Shown: in pieces, positions 15,103-29,475 of the stretch
Layout: every line of letters begins with the position of its first letter
Numbering within the stretch: the first letter of the stretch is position 1
Source: Bugula neritina
Lineage: Eukaryota > Animalia > Bryozoa
Length of the DNA: 64,000 nucleotides
Assembly (NCBI GenBank): GCA_964035545.1
Contig: OZ037765.1
Location: 18,600,995 to 18,664,994 of the forward strand
Direction: 5' to 3'
Position numbers and translations under genes: made by a program
The notes under the pieces: generated by a model
Told to the model about the DNA's origin: nothing
Database searches by the model: none
Seen by the model: the letters and a program-made list of their open reading frames with translations, nothing else

Positions 15103-18100
15103 ATGGGATCAGCATCTAGCTCTGTGGGTTCTGTGCAAACACTTTCAGGTTTTAACTCGAGGTGAGTTTAACTTTCACTTTGAGTTTTCATGTTTACGTA
15201 GCTACTCAGTTCATTTAATAAGTATTTATTGTGTCATAATATAAATAAAACAGCCTTTACTTTAAGTTTGAAAAAAACTAGTTTTAGCATCGCTATCACA
15301 ATGGTGTTTTATTACGCTGATCCTCGATCACATCGAATTAATAGTATTGGTAATACTCAATACTCACTAGCCAATACGTAAGTTGGCAACAAATCAACAA
15401 CCATCATTCTAATTAATTTTAGTTTTACTTTCGAAATTAAATAGTTTTAAAAATATTGAACACTCATAAACAATAACGGCCTTAATGTTTTTGTTATACT
15501 GTCTTGTTTGATTTTCAGCATGCAAATTATTAAGCTACAGGCAAAATAAATGCTGTCTTTCATTGGCTAACCTCTGAACCCTTTGGTGTTTCTAATGATT
15601 TTTTGTTTTTGGTTAGAAACTGAAATAGTGTACTTGTAAGGTTGCTGCACAGATATTAGTTTTTCACAAGAAGCATACCTCATGGTTATTGTCATATTTT
15701 GGTGGTCTCTGGTGATTTCACAATAACACCATTGTATAACTAATATTTTCCTTATTTGCCATTACCATAGTAAAGTTTTTTTTTAAATAAATTCATTTTA
15801 AATGTCATGTAACAATAGTAATATCACGTCATTCATATCTTATTATTCATATAAAATTATTTAATTATGCATCTAACACAACATGCCATCTAATTTTAAC
15901 TACAGCAGTCATCAAATGTTTTTAATAAGCTTAATATTGAACTTAGGTGGTTGTGTAATATTTCCCTTTAAGAGGTTTTAACCACTTGTTTTTGCATCAT
16001 TGAAACTTTATTTATTTTCCTATCAGAAATCAATCATTTGTCAATATTTCGATAATTTAAAAATAGTTTCAGACTATAAATTGTTATAATTTTAAAATAC
16101 CCGAGCAAGTTCTTAAGAGTTGCAAAGTTAAGTTAAGTAGTTGAGAGAAATTTAGCTTAGTTTTTAGTAATTCGACACCAGATAATGAAGTTCTAGCACT
16201 TTAGTCTACAAATATTTTAGTTGTTTAGTGACATGAGTACCTTGCCTTTTTGGATTGAGAACATTGTTTAAAATTTAAAAAATTATTTGTTTTATTAACT
16301 TAGTCTTTTAGAAATATTTAGTTATTGTGCGGCTCTTCTCCAAACAAAAGATGCAACACGAAATAATTATTGTGATTAAGTTTGTCCTATCATTTGCTAT
16401 TTTAATAGTGTAACCATGCAAGTCAAAAGACTTTGACCTTTGAACTACTTTAAATTTCAAGAAGAATGTTGTATCGTCAACATGACTAGATTCTAGATAC
16501 TAAATTGTTTTATTGCTAAGTTGTGGCAAGTTGTTCAAATGAAAATAACTTTATGGGGTACTTTCAGACCATCATCTACAAAGTCTACCAAGATTTCAAA
16601 ACAGAATGAGTTGAAGAATTTAACAGAACAAGTGACAAATTTGCAAGTACTCTTGAACCAGTCTAGAAATTCTAATATAGCTTTTCAAACTCAAACAGAG
16701 ACATTGAAACAAAGAGTAAGTAGAAAATTTTAGAGTTTTGTGCAAATACTACATTTGCTCCAATGTTTAACAAATTTATGTTCATGAAAGCAGAGTTAAG
16801 TTACAAAGAAGACCGATAAGCAACTGCCATACTTACTCTCCTACTCTCCCTCTCTTTCACCAGGTTATGTGACTAATTTGTTACACAGCTGGTTTCAGTA
16901 GCAGATCATTTATACTATTTAGTAAGCACTTACAAAATATAATACGTCCAGTTGAGATATTGAGAGTCGTGTTCTTTTTTTGTTTAAATCTTTTTTATAG
17001 CACATGTGTGCACATTAGTCTGCATTAAACACTCAACTATTGATGAATATGAAATGCAAATCTATAAAAAGCTATGAATTATAGTCCTGATTGTTTACAT
17101 GTAGACTGAAGAACTAGAGAGAGAGAATGAGACATTGATAGATCATAACCAGTCTCTGCAAGCACAATTAGAAGCACTGGAAAATGGGGCAATAGTTGAA
17201 GAATCTTACGATACAAGTGAATCGATTAAATTAAAAGAAATAGAAATATTAAAACTGCAGAGTGAACTTCAGGCCTATGCAGATGAAAACCAAGCCCTGG
17301 TTCGTATTATGTAAATATTTTAAACTAGCAATGAACAGTGAAGCTACTACTTATAGATATCTATGTAGAGAAACTAATTAATATAGTTTATCTTTTTATT
17401 TATGTATGCAATCTATTTTTAGAAACAAAAATTTAAAACAAAACTGAAAAGTGTGAAAACTAATTATACAAGAAGCAAACAAGAACAGTCTTTGAAAATG
17501 TTTGAGCTAAAAGACGAAGTGTTAGCTTTACAGCAGGAGAATGTGCAGCTGAAAGGTAAGGGAAAGCTGCATGGGTTGCTCAAACAACCAAGCTATTCTA
17601 TGTTAATATTTTATATTATATTCTATATCAATTTTCTATCATTACAATGGTAGAGCAAACAATGGGGACTAACTCTAAACTGATTTTATTTTTTGCTAGA
17701 ATAGTTTAAGCTTCACAGTTTAAACAGCATGAATTGCATATGATAATCTGTACTAAAATTTATAGGCCTTTTTGTCAATATGATAATGTGCAAGACGTAA
17801 TAAGCTGAACATTCAATCTATTTACGTCTATTAGGTCTCTCTATCTTTTTGATTGCTTCCTAAAGTTTTTCTAACAAAAGCCGATCTAGTACTGTTATTA
17901 TCTATTGTAGAAAAGCTGGCTGACCTTGGTCAGGAGGAAGTCAGTTTTATCGACAAGCCCAGTAATTTGGTAGACAGTCGCTCAAATATTATAATTGAAC
18001 TCTCCACTCAAATTTCTGAGCAAGAGAACAGAATTTCCGAACTGGAAAGTCAGCTGCAAGAAAAAGATTTCATCATCAGCAAACTACAGTCTGCACCACT

Positions 18101-18428
18101 GAGCCCTCGCGAAGCTCAATCAATCATATCTGTTGAAGCTGACAAAGCATCACAAGAAATGCTGGCATTGGCTAAGGAACTAAAAATGTTGAAACGTAAA
18201 AAGAAAAAGGCTAAAGCAGACCTTCTAAATACTGAATCGGACTACAATCGGCAATTGTCTTCTCTCAGTCGAGATTCTGGTGCTCTGGACTTAACTACCC
18301 CTACAAGTTCTAATCATGACCAAGCAATGAAATCAAAAGTTTCTGGAGATCATACAGACATTTTATCTTTTATAAAACCCCATCAGTCTGCGACTTCTTT
18401 CTCAAGCTCTTCCACATTGGTATCATAA
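15103..18428 (+). CDS. Coiled-coil protein, CCDC192-like (~350 aa), predicted N-myristoylation (MGSASS)
   Basis: Exons 15103-15161, 16568-16715, 17105-17299, 17423-17555, 17911-18428 join in frame. Heptad-rich. The motif IIIELSTQISEQENRISELESQLQEKDFIISKLQ resembles, from memory, the conserved ELSTQVSLQ..RI..L...LEEK segment of CCDC192. AATAAA at 18549-18554. Confidence 0.75.
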
Positions 18429-18645
18429 CTCCGAAACTAGCTATATGCTCTTTGGTAGTTTAGCTGATCACATTAAAACTACATGGTATTTTTGTTTAAT
18501 GCTGTTATGTTATTATATTAATATTATAACTGGTGTTCAAAATTATACAATAAATATTTATGTACACACTTTTATTTAGCTGTTGGCAATCTCCAATATA
18601 AAATATATTTACATTTCACATATAATAATTTAAAGATAATTTTCT

Positions 18646-20650
18646 CTATAGCTGAAAAAGTTCCGTTTGTGACATTGGTTTACTCTCTCTTCTTATAAAG
18701 TATTGACCACTGGAGTCTTCGTATATAAGGATATTAGTTGAAACACAGCGTAATCTGTGTGCTAGTTCTTTGCCCAGTAACTCAATGTCATGTATTGGCG
18801 GGGTAGCTCTTCCCTTTATCGGGATACTTTCTACTCGTCTGGTCAAATCCTAAAATACAAAATAGCTGCAGTTTTTAAATTAAGCAAAATCATGTAATAT
18901 ATTAAACCTATTTTAATTATCGTGACAAATATCAGGTATTATTGATATGTGATGTAACAGTTATGGTATGCAAATTTAATTAGCGCGATGCAATTCAATT
19001 TTTGCCTACAGTTGAATAACATGCTGTATCAAGTTGATAGACTCATCAATAATATCGTAATATGGAAAGACATCATACGAGAAGCATCAATCAAAAATGT
19101 TTGTGGTGCCTTGAAAGATTATTAAGGTTTAAAATATTTTGGCAATGAAGTTCTAATTACTACAGAAGATAAGTACATAATAAAGACTTTATAAGGATAA
19201 GCATATTACATCATGGCTGCCTCCATGAATTGTCACATTACTCACTATACCATTAAATTATGCTTTGTAATCTCTTATTACGCTAGCAGAGATGCTGGTT
19301 GATTCACCCAGTTATTAGTCTGAGTTCTGTATGTTACCAATTATAAGTTTTGAGGGCTAGGTTATCTAACTTCCATACAGCTTGATTTCTGAGTCTAAAT
19401 ATGACTCTCAAGTGTTTAATGAACAGAAAAACATTTTTTATTAAAGCTTTTTAAACAAAATTTTGTTTCAAGTATAATCTAAAACTTAATGAAAAAATAT
19501 ATGTATTTGGCTAGAAATACAGAATAGCACAAAAAGAGGATAAATAATAATTATAACTCAAAAATATTTCAAAATTAATATCTCGGTGTAGCAGTGTTAT
19601 CATATAGAATGTGATATTATAGATACAACTCCATAGTTATAAACGAGTGAGCACCTTAAAAAACAACTTTTACAGAATGCTGCATATTTGAGATGTAACA
19701 TAAATTTCACATTGCTACATAAAATATAACAATACAGTTTGCAATGACCCACAGCCATAATAATAATTATAACAATTGCGATGTAAGCCATTATATTTTA
19801 ACAGCAGTAATTACCACTTTTAATGTTTTATGCTAATTTTTCGATACTTTAAAATTTGGTGAAAGTTATTTAACATTTTGCCGCACATTAAACCTTGAAT
19901 ATTTTACTCACTGTAAATACAATACATGCATAGTTTTCCAACTATATAAAAAACTAACAAGTCTGGCGATATATATACGTTCTAAATTCTTCAAACCCAA
20001 TTATGTATTTATAAAAAAGTATATCAAACTGACCTGAGCCACTTCAAACTGATGCACTGCCTCACACATGTCTCTCATTATACAGCAGACATCCTTTTTT
20101 ACTTGCTTTTTATTTGGTTTTCTTGTAATCTTTGTGGAGTAGCAATTTGTCGTAGTTTTCTTTTTGTAGAACAGACTGACATTTTCTACCTTCGAAGTTT
20201 TACTTCTATCAAATTTTCGTGAATTTCTATTTGTTACTCTCCGAAGATTATATGTTTTTGCCTATAAAATATAATAGCTATTTCAACAACACGTTCTAGC
20301 ATAGCATATTCTTAATCACTGCAGTGCACTAAGGATACATTAACTTAATATGGGCACAACAGCTTTGATTTCAGCTGCATGTTATAATTGTAACAGAAAT
20401 GTGAAGTAATTGATCAATCTGGTATAGATGAAATATTTACCTGAACAACCTTTTGATTTTTGTGTATAGTTGGTTTGCTTGAGAGAAATTGACTTTTGGT
20501 CTGAAGTTTAGGCAGCAACTCTGGATCGATTGCATTTGTGATCCAAGTTTGCCTCTTATGGTCTCCCGTTAGCCGATCAAGTTCCGTTGCACGAAATGGT
20601 GATGAGTGACTTCGCTGAGACTTTCTTTCTTTCTGAACAGCTGGTACTAA
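18646..20650 (-). CDS. Uncharacterised basic (K/R-rich) protein, last three exons; first exon uncertain
   Basis: Exons 20441-~20640/20650 (VQKERKSQRSHSSPFRATELDRLTGDHKRQTWITNAIDPELLPKLQ...), 20034-20261 (AKTYNLRRVTNRNSRK...CEAVHQFEVAQ) and 18646-18849 (DLTRRVESIPIKGRATPP...TELFQL*), all with AG/GT sites and phase-0 joins. Candidate first exon 23368-23433 (MGQLFTHLYPGSLVEQSTNNVN|gtaagt). Confidence 0.65.
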
Positions 20651-22211
20651 CTAACCAAAAAAGCTCACAATAAAATTTTCAAAAACTTATGAAAATAGCA
20701 AAATTAAGTTGGCAATAAAAAGCATAAACACACTATACAATGTGCTGAAATTTTGTGTGTTTTAAAAGTGTTACATAAAAGTATCTACATATACATGGTT
20801 GGTCTTAGCTAGAATAGCAACCATGTTATGCAATATAACTTCACACGAAGCACTTGTAATTTGATCATTTTAAATGAGAGAGTAATAACTGATTTAATAT
20901 TTTACGGCTGCATTCTTCGGTCAACTAATAAAAGATTTGTCTCAAAAGTGAGATATGGCGTGATGAACTTTAGTATTATACTGCTAATAGATAAGAATCA
21001 CAATGTAAACAGAACAACTAAAAGTTAATTATAAATAAATTGAATGTACATAATTTTATTCAATCCAGACTTCATATAAATTCTGGTAATATACCAAAAG
21101 TTATCTAATAATATCAATATGTCTATACTTTAGCCATCTTGGGGAGTAGTTTTTCACATTTGATGATTAACTTGCAATATTAAATGAGTCAAGTCAAAAT
21201 ATCAAGAATACCGTTAAAGTTCTTCATGTTTGAAAGTTGGTGCATGACATGCAAAATTTCCAAGACTGCACAAAATTTTCTAAACTACTCATTATAATAC
21301 GTAGTGGAAGCATCATATGCTCCACCTTCTTTCTAAGTGTAATGCAAATACTTGCTGGTGCTAGCACATGTATATGCTTTGTAGCCTTACTAACTACATT
21401 TGTGTGTACTTTTCATTGCTGCCATCATCTTATATTTTATATCATTTTTATTATATTTTATATTTTGACACTTGGTTGTGGCTTACAGAATTGGTATGAT
21501 TAACTAGTACTTTACGTCAAGAGATATGAATTCAGTGTAAGAAATACCTTAAATTATACAGTTATTGTTAGAGATGCACATAATAGTCACCATCCTACAT
21601 TATCATTGCATGTGTGTGGCGCTCATTTACCCACTTCATTCTATGAAGTATGTATACTGATAGACAGTGAGAAATTTGGGAGGAATTTTTTGCTTTTCAT
21701 TTAGAGAGAATGCTAATTACATATATGTACTCAGTTAGTAATTAAATAGTATGCAAATTAAATCGCTCATTTCAAGTTATGTAATCATTCCTACTAGGAA
21801 ACTCCTAAACAAGCGCAGTAGTATTCTACATTAATTTAAATGTTGCAACCAGATTGTTACAGAATGTAGCGAAATTAATGTATATTTAATTTTAAAATGT
21901 GTTTCTTCATATTACTTGTGTAATATCACCTTAAATTCTCAATTTTTTTCCTTTAGAATACTATATTTATGTTCCAGAGGCTGAAAAAAGTTCATTTATT
22001 TAAATGAATAATCTAATCTCTTTCAGTTGCTTTGAATGTGTAGTGAAGAAACAAAACTGGTCTTGACTAATACAATTGACAATTCGGTTGTGATGTTAAC
22101 TGTTGTCTGTATATTAGAGTGCAGTCATCAAAATACTCACAATGCTACCACCATATTATACGTAGTAATATGTTGGTAGTGTGGTGTTATGATCTCCCAC
22201 GATCCCTTATA

Positions 22212-22290
22212 TAAATGTAATAGTAGCATACTGGCTTGTAAGTGCAGAGTCTAAGACTCGTTCTTGGTGGGGGCATTATTTTACAGCCTG
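22212..22290 (+). mobile_element. Degenerate tRNA-derived SINE copy, probably the same family as 2266-2339
   Basis: ...TAGCATACTGGCTTGTAAGTGCAGAGTCTAAGACTCGTTCTTGGTGGGGGCATTATTTTACAG has the same order of tRNA-like blocks and the same TTTTACAG tail. Confidence 0.35.
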
Positions 22291-25200
22291 TATCGAAGTA
22301 ATACAATGCATTTTTCTATGAGAATGATTTGCAGAAGAGATAACAATATTTTTAATAGGGCTTTTAAATTTTCCTGTACAGTAAATGTTAATAACTTTGT
22401 TATTTATAATCCAACAGTTAGGCAGTTCTCAATAGCTTAGACCCTGGAACACATATCTAATAGAGAACTATCCATGAATATTTTGAATTTATATTGTCTA
22501 AACTTAAAACAGAAAGCGGCTGTTTGGCCTGTAATGTTTTGTTTTGTATATGTTTGCATGGGTAATAATAAATTGACGAGACCGTTGGAATAATGTATCG
22601 TAAGGTTTATTATTGTAAAGTATAAACTATAAAGTGTTATACAGTTTGACAGCATAGAAAGAACTGGCTCTAATCATAACTATAAAGTATATATATATTG
22701 TATATAACATAGGAATGAATGACAAATATAGTACATAATATTTATAACATATCACTGTTTGGTATATGAATAACTCAGCAAGTAAACAACATTATAATAC
22801 AGGACCAGCCCTATCAGATATCATAAAAAGAAAGTCAATATTATAGTTAGGAGTTGTACTACTAAATTTAAAAATATTCTACCATAGTAATCACAGACTA
22901 ACATGAAAAAACTTAAACTAAAAAGCCCTTCAAGTGCTGCGCTGGTCATGGATATGCATATAAATGTAAACATGTTTAGCCTACAACTATGGAGGAATTT
23001 GATTTAATGAGAATATTTAATATTAATTTTATGCTCGAATAAGGTTGCATAAGCAGTAATATGCAGAAAAAAATAAGTTGAAATCTGGGAAGATAATAGC
23101 ATAATTTATGAGCTGATTACCTACTAAAAACTCAACCTCAAGATCAACTGCCACTCAACACTGCCACGGTAATGGTGTACAATATTTTAGAACAGGTTGT
23201 TTTGGTATTCTAAAGTTATTGAGCGCATACTTCCTCTCTACAGCACTAAGGAATATTTTACTGCAATTTCTAGAACTTTACATTTTATATAGCTAAAATT
23301 TTTATATATAAACAGTTTGTATAATATATTCATCATGTGCTAATTTAAAACTCTAATGAATACTTACATTTACATTATTAGTAGATTGTTCTACCAAACT
23401 GCCCGGATACAGATGCGTAAACAGCTGTCCCATGATCACGTTGAAAATTCTCAATAATATAATAATCTTATTGAGGTATTAGTTCAACTGGCAAAAGTTA
23501 TTCCACCATCAATGTAAGAAAATTGTTACAAAATATTTGTATGTAAGCATGGCTTCATCTTACAAATTCTTAGCAGTTAGATTAATGTTATGGTATATCT
23601 CAAGGTGAGAATAACATTACTTGAAATGTTACAATATAATTGTTACATATTCATTCTAAATGAATATGATACTATGTCGCCTTTTAAATCTAGACTAAGA
23701 TTGGTGTACTGCTTATAACCTGGGTGAAAGCAAACAGGTTTTTTTGTGTTTATCCAAATTGGCTCACTTTTGTTGACATAAGATAACATAAAAAATGAAG
23801 TTGCATTTTGAAAATCCTTCTTTCTTAAGAATTTTCTCGTACTCTCACCCAAGTTAGCGTGAGAGTATATTCGCATACTATACCTACCATAAATTTGTAT
23901 TGTATGTAATTATAACAAACCATTAATTAATTGAGTCACAAATACCAGTGATTACTCAGCATTGTTCTATTTAAATGTGAAATATATTACTAAGTAGTAG
24001 ATCAATCAATAAACGGACAATTATTTGCTTTGCATGCTGACTTTGGATAGTCAATAAAATTGCACAATAAGAATTCAGCTTAATGCTATTAGCCTATGAT
24101 TGAATGTTATTATTCTCCTGTAATAACTCATTTGATTCACACAGAGTACATGAATATTGTTTGAAAAATTACAGCATTCTAGCTGTGGTGCAGCAAGCTA
24201 ATTGCACTAAAACATTTTGCCGGTCTCACTTTGAAATTTGCTTTACTGTCTTTCAGTTAAAATATATTATAACCGCCAGTTTATTTTGTTATTAATTCAT
24301 ATTTTTATAATACGTTGTCAAAATATGTCTGAAGGGAATAATTAATATTCATTATATTCCATGAATGGTTAATTATTATGCAGGTTCACTAAAAATATTA
24401 TAATACACATATGCATATCTTTAGCATATATGAGATGAGTATTCTGTAGGGATATATTTCGTTATATTCAGTTCTAGTTAAGTTGTTGATGCAATTTTAA
24501 ATTAAAAAATTGGTTGCTAAAGGCACATCAAAAGTACTATATTATATGAGTTGATTATGATCTGTAACCCCACTATAGGTGATATGCATAATTGTAGATG
24601 AATAGTTCTCATAATCTTATCAGTAAATGGCCTAATATTATTACACCAGTGGTAACCACCATTTAGATTAACTCCACTTTTCCAGAAACCAGATATGTTC
24701 TCTTAAGAATGTGATCTACAATCTGTTTCTATGGTGAAGAGATCATGGTGGAGTTGAAATTTAATCAACTGCTTTACTGAAATGTTTTTTTGTTCTTCAA
24801 AAGCTGTCAAAAAAGCTTATAATAAATAACTTTTTTGCCAATTTTGAGTAGAAGCAGATTTAATGTAATTTATTATCTTTATGATAATATTCTACAAACG
24901 TTGCCATAACATTGAACTTTTAGCTCATGTAATGCACATATAGATGTGTGGTGTATTATATTAGTCTCTGACATTTAGAATAATTTCCTAATTAAAACTG
25001 CCAGTTTTATTATTTGAAAACCAGGAAAAGAGTCTTTGGTGAAGATTGAGTTCTAGCTAATATATAACTATAACTTGAGTTCTTATAGTTGATGTAAAGC
25101 TTAGCTTGAGCTCTAGCTGATGGATAATTATAGCGTGAGAAGCTTGAGATTGTTGCATTGTCTACAAACTTAGGCTAACTAAACAGTAGCATCTCTGTAC

Positions 25201-28200
25201 ATGGATATCTGGCTGTTCTATGTACTTTCAATATACTTTTAGTAATTTCTTCCAGCTTCTAACCTTACAGATTGGGTTTTGAAATGAATGAATCACAAAA
25301 TTAAATGCATATCATTACATTCTTGTTATCATGAATTTGCTGTGAAGCAAGTGCTGCCTGACAGCACTGAAACTGTCATGAATATTGAAGCTTCAAATTA
25401 TGTTATTTAATGGAGGTGCCTTGATATGGGGAGAGAATATTCACCTTTTTGCTAAATACTAGGATGTTATGATGAAGACCTTTAAACACACTATAATTAT
25501 TGTGACTCTGCTATGCAATTACTCAAGGTTTTGACAGGTAATGTACAAGTAATTGACCTCCTGAATTGCCCAAGTATTAAGTGAATAAATAATCAGTATG
25601 TTGGGGAGGTCATCTCACCCCCTTCCTCTTACAATAATTCAATCTTTTAAGTACTGTGGCTAACAATACAAAATCATGGTATATCTCTTTTTATCATAAA
25701 ATTTAGTCTATAACATCTGCACACATTCAAATTTGAAATTCTCCCCAAGCTACACAATTTTGTATGCACAAGTTAATCTATACCGAATCAGGGATATTTG
25801 ACAGAAGCTGTCAGCATCAAATATTTTTACAATACTTGTCAGCTATTGGATTTGATAATCTTCAAAAGTGAAAATATTCATCAGAAACAAAAGAGGTGCA
25901 TACCAATGCCATTGATTATATTTGTGTCTTCTGTATTTTTGCTGACTATTCACCCGCTGACAGTCACTCTGTCTCAACGAATACAAAGAGCTGACCTACA
26001 CATTATAAACAGCTTCAACAATAGGCTGACTTTAACTATTGTATTACAATATTACATAGGAAGAGCTCACCATACCTTCATTATTAGAAGGTGTAATAGT
26101 AATAAGATAATATGAACAATTATTGGTTTCATTTTTACTGAAAGAATTGCTGCTATGTTGATTCTACCAGTATAATGTTATGAATTTTCACCTGCTGCAG
26201 CCTGTCAATCCCTACAATTAGGAAAGATAAATACCATATGTATATATCATGTTACCAATTGAGTTAAAAAGGAAAGAATTGCCAAAACCTCTTAGCTTTT
26301 AAATCTCCATTTTACTATTTCAACGCATGACTCACCATAAAGCATTGGCTAACATTACTTTCAAGTCATGTAATGAGATACCACAGACAAGTGTAAGGTG
26401 GCAAGGTCATGAAAGGAATATTTGGCTATACTTTTCAGCTGCCCGGGCAGCCTGTGGCATGATTTCATCCTTGAGACTATCTTCATTTGTTTATACCCAT
26501 AAATTCCTAATCATTTTATTTCTTGGACATAAAATTGTAAATAAGATGGAAATGTCAATAAACAGTGTAATGATACATGCTTCTTATTTAATTAATGGCA
26601 TCAATCTCATTTTCCCACTGAACAGCTTCTTGATAACAGAGTTTGATATTTAAGAATATGCATAGTAACTGCGTGTCTTGTAGCTTTCCCAGCAATTAGA
26701 ACTTACTACTAACCTACCCAGAAAAGGAGATAAAAATAGAACTTAATAAGACAAGGTCTAATGTCATTAATAACTAAATTATGCTAATCATTATATGATT
26801 ATAAATTGCATTGTTGAATATGTCATTAAACTTTTCTTCTGTTAACACATTATGTATACAACCGCAATTGCTTCTCTTACACAATACTTCATCAGAATAA
26901 AGTATTTCATTATGTAATTCATAAAAAATGCATAAAGGGAGATCTCTCAGAAGAATTCTGCTTTTTTATTAATTCATTAATTTTATAATTAATTTGCCTT
27001 TTGCTTGGTGTGGTTATCATGCAAAAAAAATTGTAAGCTCTAAAGTATTACTAGGGAATTGCTTTTTCAATTAAGCTGCTTCTTATAACTTATAATGACT
27101 TTGTGTTTTTCTAGTAGAAAAAAATTCACTTTTCATCTACATAGAAACTGAAATTTTAATGCTATTAAGAGGTGAAAACAAGGCACACAACATGCATACC
27201 TGCAGTAATTTGTATGTAATAAAGGGCTATTACGATAATTTTATTTTTACTGAAGCTGTAACAATGAGGTGATTAGCCAGGTTTAACTGGACCTCACTAC
27301 TCTGTATTGTATTTGATCCAAATATCAATGTGTCTGCTTGTGGATTATCAATCCAATATTGTACTGAGTATTATGGGCAAAAAATATTATATGTGGGGAT
27401 TAAGTGGCTTATAGCTGCTCACTAGTCTCCTTTTTCAAGTAAAAATAGTCATTTGTGAAGCTGATGAATGCGATAAGAGTTATAAGAAAAATTGAATTCC
27501 ATGGCAGAAAAATGGGTCTCCACTGCCAACCTTATACTAGTACAATTCAGACATCCAGGTTTTCAGCGCTGATAGGCTAAAGCTTGAGGCCCACACATGT
27601 TGGCCAAAATAAAGCTCAAACATGCCGGCTGTACTAAAGTTGCTTAAATAGGCTAATAGTTATTGCTGCTGATCAATATGGCAGAACATTGAATTGTGAT
27701 AATTATTTGTTATAAATGGGTGAATACTGAGAATTCTCTTTATTCTAATCAGGTTGAAAGCTGTTGAAATCAAGTAGTTGCTAGAAATTACATAATAGTT
27801 TTACACATTATTCATAATAATAAATCATATGTTTTGGAGTGCTTGCTTCCGATTATTTTATATTTTACAGAAAAACAGAACAATGTTATAATAAACTGCA
27901 TCAGGATTATAATACATCATACAGATCACATAACTATGAGCCAGTTATGTTCAATATTCAACAATTAACCGGAAGTGGTTAAATGGTCGGATTTTGTGTT
28001 GATGAAAGCTGCTATTTTATTTGTCTATGAATTGTTTCAAGCATAGATTTCCCAATTATTGATTATATTTTACTAAAGTGCTGCTTTCCGGATCTCTCAT
28101 CTACAATTTTTATTACATTTAAGTAGCTGCTTCCTGCTAGCAACTTCACAGCTGATTCGCTGTTCGAATGTTGCAGTAGTAAAAGTAACAACACTTGCTA

Positions 28201-29475
28201 TTGGATATTCTACAAATGCCACTTATTCTACAGACTATAACAGTCAAGATAGATTCAGCCAAATAGATAACCCTTGCCTTTTCATATCACAACTTGAATG
28301 AAAATGAGTCATTCCGAAGTAAAATTTGGAGATGAGTCACTTTCGAGTATCTTGGATTTTTAATGGAAATTAAACCTCGGTTCAAATGAGGTGCAAGACA
28401 TTGAAAACTTTGCTCTAAATGTCTTTTATCTGAATATTGGGCCTTATTTACACATCCATGATGCTTGCAAATACTTTGTATTGCTTTGTTCTACAAATTG
28501 TCAATGCTGGAAGTTTGTGATATTAATTTCGGTCCCTCTGCTGCAATAATCAAAATACTAATGAGACCATAGTGCAGGCTAAGTGAAACATAAGCTGTGG
28601 AGATGTGCAGACAGTTACTTCTCATACATTAATCCTAATTCATTTCAAGGATATATATGATTGCACTGAGAGGGATATTTTTTGATAATGACTACATCTA
28701 TCATGGGACTTAATAATTTAAGGGTTTAAATCATTAATCAATAGGCACATTTAGCTCAAATTTCTTTCTAACAACATTAATTCATGAGTGTTTGAATAGA
28801 TCAGTGCAGTATCAATTTCAGTGCTAGATATTAAACAGCTAGCCACTTCTCTAAGCAGAGTTCCTTTTCAGACCTACTCACCTATTGAATCAGAGTTTAA
28901 AAGTTTTTTTGAATTTAATCTTCTGGGATGTTTCACATTACATACCACTTTAAATGTATCTATTGTGAACCCTGAATAATAGCATAAAGGACTTTTCACA
29001 GTGAGTTGTAAATATAAAAACATTAGTCTTTAGTTAAGATCACTCATTAAGTCAAACAACATACTCAGTTGCTGGCCAACAGTCATCAAGGTTCACCTCA
29101 TTAATAAAGCTGTTTGAATGCCACCCACAAAGAAGTAATGCAAAATATCAGGTTCTCATATTTTAATGATATTAAAACAACAAATAGCACTGAGCAAAAA
29201 TACCATTAAGTAATACTAATTAAAATTCTATGGTAGTAAATCATGCACTTACGAAAATAATACTTGACTTAAAAGTTTGTATGATATATGATTAAAATTA
29301 CAGCTTTACGTATATTAAATGTGGAATCAGCAAAAACAGTGATCTACAATAAAATCGAGAAAATTGATAAATAGTTTTACAAATCTACAAACAGAGAAAG
29401 ATCTGTTTACCACAGAGATGTGATTGAGCTTTCACTAAATATAAATATTATGTGTGTGTATTTATGGACATAAAG

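Noticed and set aside
21180-21266. Minus-strand LEILHVMHQLSNMKNFNGILDILT resembles a RasGEF/SOS NNFNG motif
   Set aside because: A stop follows immediately, spacing differs, and no other RasGEF exons were found nearby. Likely chance.
21500-29400. Scattered 60-110 aa ORFs in the AT-rich interval (also 34.2-41.5 kb and 59-63.5 kb)
   Set aside because: No domain signal or consistent splice-phase chains. They fit random AT-rich non-coding ORFs.
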